Source of the DNA: Candidatus Thorarchaeota archaeon
GTDB lineage: Archaea > Asgardarchaeota > Thorarchaeia > Thorarchaeales > Thorarchaeaceae
DNA length: 31,734 nucleotides
Reading direction: 5' to 3'
NCBI GenBank assembly: GCA_016840855.1
Contig: JAEORO010000126.1
Coordinates: 1-31,734 of the forward strand
The position numbers were made by a program, and so were the translations under genes. This document shows, in pieces, positions 26,415 to 31,734 of the stretch. The notes under the pieces were generated by a model. The model saw only the letters and a list, made by a program, of their open reading frames with translations, did no database searches and was not told the DNA's origin. Each line of letters starts with the position of its first letter. Within the stretch, counting starts at the first letter, position 1.

Positions 26415-28583
26415 TCATTCGAAGAACCTACTGAGCCCTCGTGAGAAAGCAGCTTTTGCTTCATCAAGAGGTACGACGAACCTGCCAAAATTAGCGAAAG
26501 GTTCTGATGTTGTAAGGCCCAACTCGCATGAGGTTATTCCATGCTTGTCGAGTATATTTAGAAACTCTGTCTGATTACTTTCGGTCACTTCTGTAATATA
26601 TCTCGAAGATGTTTCTGAGAATAGCGCTTGAGCTAAGCTGTTAACTGTCCCTGGAACATAATCCATATTCAACTTAAATCCATACTCACTTTCCATAACC
26701 ATCTTCATGAGAGCAATGGCCACTCCGCCGCGCCCAACATTGTTACAAGATCGAATAAGACCTCGTTCATGAGCTTCAAGAATGGTTGTCATAGTAAGCT
26801 TCTCCCAATTTGGTTGATATTTAGGTGGTTCTCCTTTGACCTCACCAAGAGTCAATTTCTGATACTCACTCCCATTCAAATCTGGAAATGTTTCTCCGAC
26901 CAAGAATATGTTAGCCCATGGCGTGACCAGATTTCGTTTGACTGGGGTAAACCCACGGTTGAAAATGCCTCCAATCATTATCTGGGGTGTTGGATTAATT
27001 CTTTTACTCTGTCCAGCGATGACTGACTCATTATAGAACGAAACATTACCCGCAATAATGGGGAGTTCAAAGTCATTAGAAAATCTCCCAAGCCCTCTTA
27101 TAGATTCAACAAACTGAGCATACGACTCAGGTCTTTCAGGATTACCAAAATTCAAGCAATTCGCAATGAAAATTGGTTTTGCTCCCATTGATACAATATT
27201 CCTCAGCGACTCTGCTGCAGAATTAGCTGTTCCTATTTGAGGGTTTAATTTACACCAGGATGAATTACAATCACTCGTGAAAGCAAGTAATCTGCCATTG
27301 GGAAATTCCAACACTCCAGCATTCTGTCCCACGTCAACCACAGTACTTGTTTGAACATGCTGATCATATTGACTATATACCCATTTTCGACTGCAAACAT
27401 TGATTGACTCAAGAAGACTCAATACTGCTATTCTATAATCTTCAGGCTCCTTAAACCAACTTAGAGAGTCGGTTTGAGCGGGTATTTTTCCCTCGACCCG
27501 TTCAGGAATAGGAAACCCCTCTATTAGTAGATTTATCGGAAGTTTAGCGACTACTTCCCCGTTGTACCTAGCTGTGTAATTCATGTCATCTGTTACTTGT
27601 CCAATCACTGCGAATGGTATGTCATTCTTTTCGAGTAACAGGATAACACGATCGATATTCTCAGGAGCGACAATTGCGAGCATTCTCTCTTGCGATTCAG
27701 ATATGATTATATCTGAGGGGTCCAAGCCACTATCCCTCAGAGGAATTTTCTCAAGGTCTATTTCAACTCCGGTTCCTCCTGCATTTGCGAGTTCTCCTGC
27801 AGCAGATGCTATTCCACCCCCACCTAAATCTTGGAGCCCTTCAAGAAGCCTTTCGTCAACAAGTTCATTTAATGCATCGATTAGCACCTTCTTTGCAAGA
27901 GGATCTCCAATCTGTACAGCACTCTCATCTTCATCTTCTTCATCTACAAAAGTTTCTGACGCAAATCTGGCTCCAGCTATGCCATCTCGACCAGTTGTTG
28001 AACCAAATATAACAAGCTGATTTCCTGGAGTCTTAGCAGAGCTTTGGACAATTTTCTCTGGTGTTACACAACCAATGCATACAACATTAACCAGGCAATT
28101 AGTATCGTATGATTCGTCGAACTCAATTTCACCACCAACTACTGGAATCCCTACTCCATTTCCATAGTCAGAAACTCCTTTTACAATATTTTCAAGGAGA
28201 TATGCATTATTGGGTTTCTCGAGATTTCCAAACCTAAGACAGTTCATTAAGCCTACGGCTTTACATCCCTGAGAGATGACATCTCTAATAATACCACCTA
28301 TACCAGTTGCAGCTCCATTATATGGGTTGATTTGGCTTGGGTGGTTGTGAGACTCCATTGCTACACCAACATAATATCCGCCTCCAATATCGAAAAGTCC
28401 TGCGCCTTCTCCAATTCCAAGTACCACATTTTCACCTTTGGTTTTGAACAAGTAAAACCATCTTTTACTGCTCTTGTAACTGCAGTGTTCTGACCAGAGG
28501 ACATCAAGCATACTTAGTTCAGTTTCAGTGGGTTCCCGTCCCAAGATCTTTGCGGCATGTCGGAGTTCATCTTTACTTATCAT
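26415..28583 (-). CDS. purL: phosphoribosylformylglycinamidine synthase subunit PurL (small form)
   Basis: WSEHCSYKSS, ESHNHPS, GGIIRD, GRDGI, QDLG, SESQERM, CLNFGNPE, GNVSFYNE. Confidence 0.95.
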   Translation of the reverse strand: MISKDELRHAAKILGREPTETELSMLDVLWSEHCSYKSSKRWFYLFKTKGENVVLGIGEGAGLFDIGGGYYVGVAMESHNHPSQINPYNGAATGIGGIIRDVISQGCKAVGLMNCLRFGNLEKPNNAYLLENIVKGVSDYGNGVGIPVVGGEIEFDESYDTNCLVNVVCIGCVTPEKIVQSSAKTPGNQLVIFGSTTGRDGIAGARFASETFVDEEDEDESAVQIGDPLAKKVLIDALNELVDERLLEGLQDLGGGGIASAAGELANAGGTGVEIDLEKIPLRDSGLDPSDIIISESQERMLAIVAPENIDRVILLLEKNDIPFAVIGQVTDDMNYTARYNGEVVAKLPINLLIEGFPIPERVEGKIPAQTDSLSWFKEPEDYRIAVLSLLESINVCSRKWVYSQYDQHVQTSTVVDVGQNAGVLEFPNGRLLAFTSDCNSSWCKLNPQIGTANSAAESLRNIVSMGAKPIFIANCLNFGNPERPESYAQFVESIRGLGRFSNDFELPIIAGNVSFYNESVIAGQSKRINPTPQIMIGGIFNRGFTPVKRNLVTPWANIFLVGETFPDLNGSEYQKLTLGEVKGEPPKYQPNWEKLTMTTILEAHERGLIRSCNNVGRGGVAIALMKMVMESEYGFKLNMDYVPGTVNSLAQALFSETSSRYITEVTESNQTEFLNILDKHGITSCELGLTTSEPFANFGRFVVPLDEAKAAFSRGLSRFFE

Positions 28584-29272
28584 CTAGTTGCCCTCACAAA
28601 GTTTTCCAATATCTGAAGTCCATCTGAAGATCCCAATATGGGTCTTGATGCTCTCTCAGGATGTGCCATTAATCCAAGTACGTTTCCCTTCTGATTAGTA
28701 ATTCCTGCAATATTTTCAAGAGATCCATTTGGATTTGCTTCAGGCGTTAAGTCTCCCTGTGAATCACAATATCTGAAAAGAATTCTACCCTCATCATTCA
28801 ATGCCATTAGCTGATCATTTGGACAGTAATAGTTACCTTCTGCATGTGCAATAGGCAGACGAAGGACTGCAGTTTCGAGATTCTCAGTAAATATTGAAGG
28901 GCTTTCACTGACTTTTAGGTATACCCACTTACATATGAAACGGGCTGAAAGATTATGTAATAGTGCTCCTGGCAATAGACCTGTTTCAGCAAGTATCTGA
29001 AAACCATTACTCACACCTAGAACAGGTTTCCCATCATCTGCAAGGTCTCTAATTCCATCAGAAATGACGTCAACTGATGCGATTGCACCCGCTCTTAGGT
29101 AGTCTCCATATGAGTAACCTCCAGGTATAATAACACCATCAGCATCCTTTAACCCTGCAAGTCCTTTCCTGCTAGGAACTAGATACGCATTTGATTCTGG
29201 AATTTGTCCAAGTGCCTTTAGCATATCATTTTCATTGTTTGTTCCAGGGAACCGAATCACTGCAATTGACAC
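28580..29272 (-). CDS. purQ: FGAM synthase glutaminase subunit PurQ, catalytic Cys replaced by Ser
   Basis: FPGTN, PGGYSYGDYLRAG, GVSNGFQ (canonical GICNGFQ), PIAHAEG, NPNGS, HPER. Confidence 0.92.
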   Translation of the reverse strand: MSIAVIRFPGTNNENDMLKALGQIPESNAYLVPSRKGLAGLKDADGVIIPGGYSYGDYLRAGAIASVDVISDGIRDLADDGKPVLGVSNGFQILAETGLLPGALLHNLSARFICKWVYLKVSESPSIFTENLETAVLRLPIAHAEGNYYCPNDQLMALNDEGRILFRYCDSQGDLTPEANPNGSLENIAGITNQKGNVLGLMAHPERASRPILGSSDGLQILENFVRATR

Positions 29273-30222
29273 TATTTGAAACTCACCTCCTGGTTTTCAG
29301 AAATAGGATTTGAGAGAAGCTTTATGCTCATAATCTTGAGGTGGTTCAGTACTTCGGATGTCACAGGTCCTCGAAGATAAATATTGAAAATTTTTCCCAC
29401 ACTTACCTCTTCAGCTTCTCCAAATCCTAATCTGACTAAAGCTTTCTTTGTTACTTCACCAGGAGGGTTTTTAATTCCAGATTTTGGATTGACAATAACT
29501 CGAACCGTTTCTTTCCTTTCTTCTACTTCTTCCGGTTTCATTTTATTCAGTGCTGCAACAAGTTTAGTGTAAGCTTTGATGAGTCCCTTCTTGTCTTCTT
29601 TAAACACTTCTTTGTCCCGCGAAGATGATTCTGATTCCCAAATTCTCATCGTATCGTCTGAAAATTCATCTGAGATCACGATGTGTCCAGTTTTTGTACG
29701 GCCAAACTCAAGATTGAAATCAATCATTTCAAGTGCTTGTTGTCGTAATAGACCTGTGAGGTAGTAGTTTGTAGATAGAGTCACAGATCGAATGAATTGT
29801 ACCATCTCTTCTGTAGCAAGTCCAAGACTTATGATTCCGTTTTCGCTAATCAAAGAATCATTTAGAGAGAACTCAATTACAGGCAAATCAAGGACCTTGC
29901 CTTTTTCCACATCATAACGGTCACAAAATGATCCAGCAGCAACATTGTGGCATACCACATTAAAAGGATATACATCCACTTTCCTGCACAATAATTGAGA
30001 ACCTTCAAGAGTCTTAACCAAGTGTGTATCTATGCCTTTTCCTTCTAGATACCCTAGAATATATTCAGTCGTCCTACACACAAGCTCCCCTCTACCTTTG
30101 ATTTCTTCTATCTTCTCTCCTTTTTCCACAGTGACTACGTCTGTGAATTCAATTATCACTTTATCAGGAGATTCAGGAGCCTGATAGACTCTTTTTCCCT
30201 CACCTTCGTGGATTAGGTCCAT
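29272..30222 (-). CDS. purC: PurC (SAICAR synthetase)-like domain fused to C-terminal PurS
   Basis: N-terminal PurC motifs (THLV, NVAAGS, DFNLEFG, DEFSDDTMRIW, DK). C-terminal VRVIVNPKSGIKNPPGE..LGF..VGK..LLSNPISE is PurS. Confidence 0.85.
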   Translation of the reverse strand: MDLIHEGEGKRVYQAPESPDKVIIEFTDVVTVEKGEKIEEIKGRGELVCRTTEYILGYLEGKGIDTHLVKTLEGSQLLCRKVDVYPFNVVCHNVAAGSFCDRYDVEKGKVLDLPVIEFSLNDSLISENGIISLGLATEEMVQFIRSVTLSTNYYLTGLLRQQALEMIDFNLEFGRTKTGHIVISDEFSDDTMRIWESESSSRDKEVFKEDKKGLIKAYTKLVAALNKMKPEEVEERKETVRVIVNPKSGIKNPPGEVTKKALVRLGFGEAEEVSVGKIFNIYLRGPVTSEVLNHLKIMSIKLLSNPISENQEVSFK

Positions 30223-30288
30223 GATATTCTCTCCTTATAGCTTATAACAAAAGACAGTCGTCTAGATAAATTCATGCGGATACCTCCT

Positions 30289-30390
30289 CTAGACAATTCT
30301 CCTCAGCAGCGCTTCTATTCTCTAACATACAAATGTCCAATTGGCTTTGAATATTAGTGTTGGCACACCAAGAATCTCAAATGCATTAAG
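30289..30390 (-). pseudogene. possible decayed thioredoxin C-terminal remnant
   Basis: LNAFEILGVPTLIFK...*RIEALLRRIV* on the minus strand, bounded and interrupted by TAG. Confidence 0.35.
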
Positions 30391-30397
30391 CTAGTTT

Positions 30398-30958
30398 TCA
30401 CAAGAATTCTCGCAAAATGACGCCGATTACAGATCCTAGAATTGTAGCTACAATCACTAGAATGAAGTAAGCTGCTGAGAGGGCAAATGCACTGATCAGG
30501 AAATTCCCAATACCGAGTTCAGGTACAACTATACCTGGCGTAATAAGGAATATGATGAAGAATAGCATGAAAAATAATCCTCCGAAGAATCCGGAAACCA
30601 ATGCACTTCCTGCTTCGGATGCTGTTAATCCAATAGGAATAGCAAAAAGCATAGGGATGAAGAACAGGGTTAAGGCTGCACTTTCAATTTGAGCAGTGAA
30701 AACATACGAGTATATTGCTGTATTAATGAATCCCACTAGCGCAGGTATCAAGATCATCATTAATTGATCCCTTTTCTTTTCAAACATCGAAATTCCTAAC
30801 AATTTAACAACAGGTTGAGGCCTTCCATCTTTATCTAGATGTACGTGTTCTTCTCTCTGCGGTAGTGGTCTTAGAAAACCTTTCTTCTCCTCCTCAGGTT
30901 CTTCCTCTTTCTCTGGGGCTTCAACCCTGTATTTTTCCTCGTCTGCCATATGTGCCAC
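30398..30958 (-). CDS. 4-TM hypothetical membrane protein with acidic N-terminus
   Basis: Charged N-terminal region followed by four hydrophobic segments. Confidence 0.8.
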   Translation of the reverse strand: MAHMADEEKYRVEAPEKEEEPEEEKKGFLRPLPQREEHVHLDKDGRPQPVVKLLGISMFEKKRDQLMMILIPALVGFINTAIYSYVFTAQIESAALTLFFIPMLFAIPIGLTASEAGSALVSGFFGGLFFMLFFIIFLITPGIVVPELGIGNFLISAFALSAAYFILVIVATILGSVIGVILREFL

Positions 30959-31094
30959 TCTGATTTTCGAGAGTGTTCAGTCATTCAATAAACTCTTCGC
31001 ATCGCGCAAATTGTCAACAAATAGATAACTTGCGCACGACCGCAACTCCTATCTGTATAAACATTTACTCATTCTTACAATCGGAGGCTCTACG

Positions 31095-31734
31095 ATGGTT
31101 GAAGGAAAGCCGTTGGACGATTCTGAAATTGATGATGAAACATATGAGTCATCAGTGACAAAAAGAAGAAAGATTGAACATATCGAAATATGTCTTGAAG
31201 AGGAAGTTCAATGCCAGCGGTCTACCATGTTTGAAGACATAGAGTTCGTTCATAATGCGCTGCCTGAAATTGATAAAGAAAGTATTGATTTAACAACAAA
31301 TTTCTTTGGATTGCGAGCCAGCGCTCCACTTGTTATTGCGGCAATGACTGGTGGTCATCCAAAGACCAAAAACATAAACCAAAAACTAGCAAGTGCCGCT
31401 GAAGAACTCGGCATTCCAATTGGTGTCGGAAGCCAGAGAGCTGCAGTAGAAGACCCATCGCTTGCTGATACATTCACAATTGTTAGAGAGAATGCACCTT
31501 CAGTTCCTGTCATTGCAAATATTGGAGCAACTCATGTTAAGGAGGCTCCAATAGCTGTGGAAATGATTGATGCTGATATTCTGGCAATACATCTAAATCC
31601 GCTTCAGGAAGCAATCCAACCGGAGGGGGACTGTAACTCCATTGGTGCCTTGGAAAGCATTGCTACAATTGTCGATTTAGTCGATGTGCCTGTAATAATC
31701 AAGGAAACTGGAGCGGGGATTTCTAGTGAAGTTG
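31095..31734 (+). CDS. fni: type 2 isopentenyl-diphosphate delta-isomerase (FMN-dependent), 5' part, runs off the window
   Basis: GGAGG 31083-31087, ATG 31095; RRKIEHIEIC, HNALPE, AMTGG, GVGSQR, ANIGA, HLNPLQEAIQPEG, KETGAG. Confidence 0.96.
   Translation, partial: MVEGKPLDDSEIDDETYESSVTKRRKIEHIEICLEEEVQCQRSTMFEDIEFVHNALPEIDKESIDLTTNFFGLRASAPLVIAAMTGGHPKTKNINQKLASAAEELGIPIGVGSQRAAVEDPSLADTFTIVRENAPSVPVIANIGATHVKEAPIAVEMIDADILAIHLNPLQEAIQPEGDCNSIGALESIATIVDLVDVPVIIKETGAGISSEV

Noticed and set aside
1743-31158. Numerous 60-145 aa ORFs nested in or antisense to long genes (e.g. 27583..28020, 21455..21847, 25817..26161, 30973..31158)
   Set aside because: Shadow ORFs of well-supported genes, with no motifs

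Overview
Archaeal chromosomal window, most consistent with an Asgard (Thorarchaeota-like) genome. This is inferred from GGAGG(TG) ribosome-binding sites, TTAATA boxes, ATP-dependent DNA ligase, type-2 IPP isomerase, small-form PurL/PurQ/PurS, a REC-PAS hybrid kinase and several Thr-linker/TM-anchored surface proteins. The left ~6.2 kb looks accessory. It holds two secreted proteins, a circularly permuted family-5 solute-binding protein, a TPR protein and an RHH regulator with a candidate TATTAC(A/G) heptad operator at two promoters. It also holds a decayed Fpg/Nei remnant and two ~93% identical copies of an unexplained ~100-nt structured non-coding element. The rest is mostly housekeeping or metabolic: hybrid His kinase, two GNATs, larB, radical SAM/SPASM, C39-like peptidase, YyaL/DUF255, ICMT-like methyltransferase, MBL hydrolase, lig, PRC-barrel, thioredoxin, a degenerate amidohydrolase, SCP2-like protein, AcuC/HDAC, purC-purS fusion/purQ/purL and partial fni. 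Most notable: the repeated structured element, the RHH heptad regulon, and a purine operon with PurQ Cys->Ser and a degenerate PurC fused to PurS beside an intact-looking PurL. All family calls come from motif recognition by eye, not database searches.
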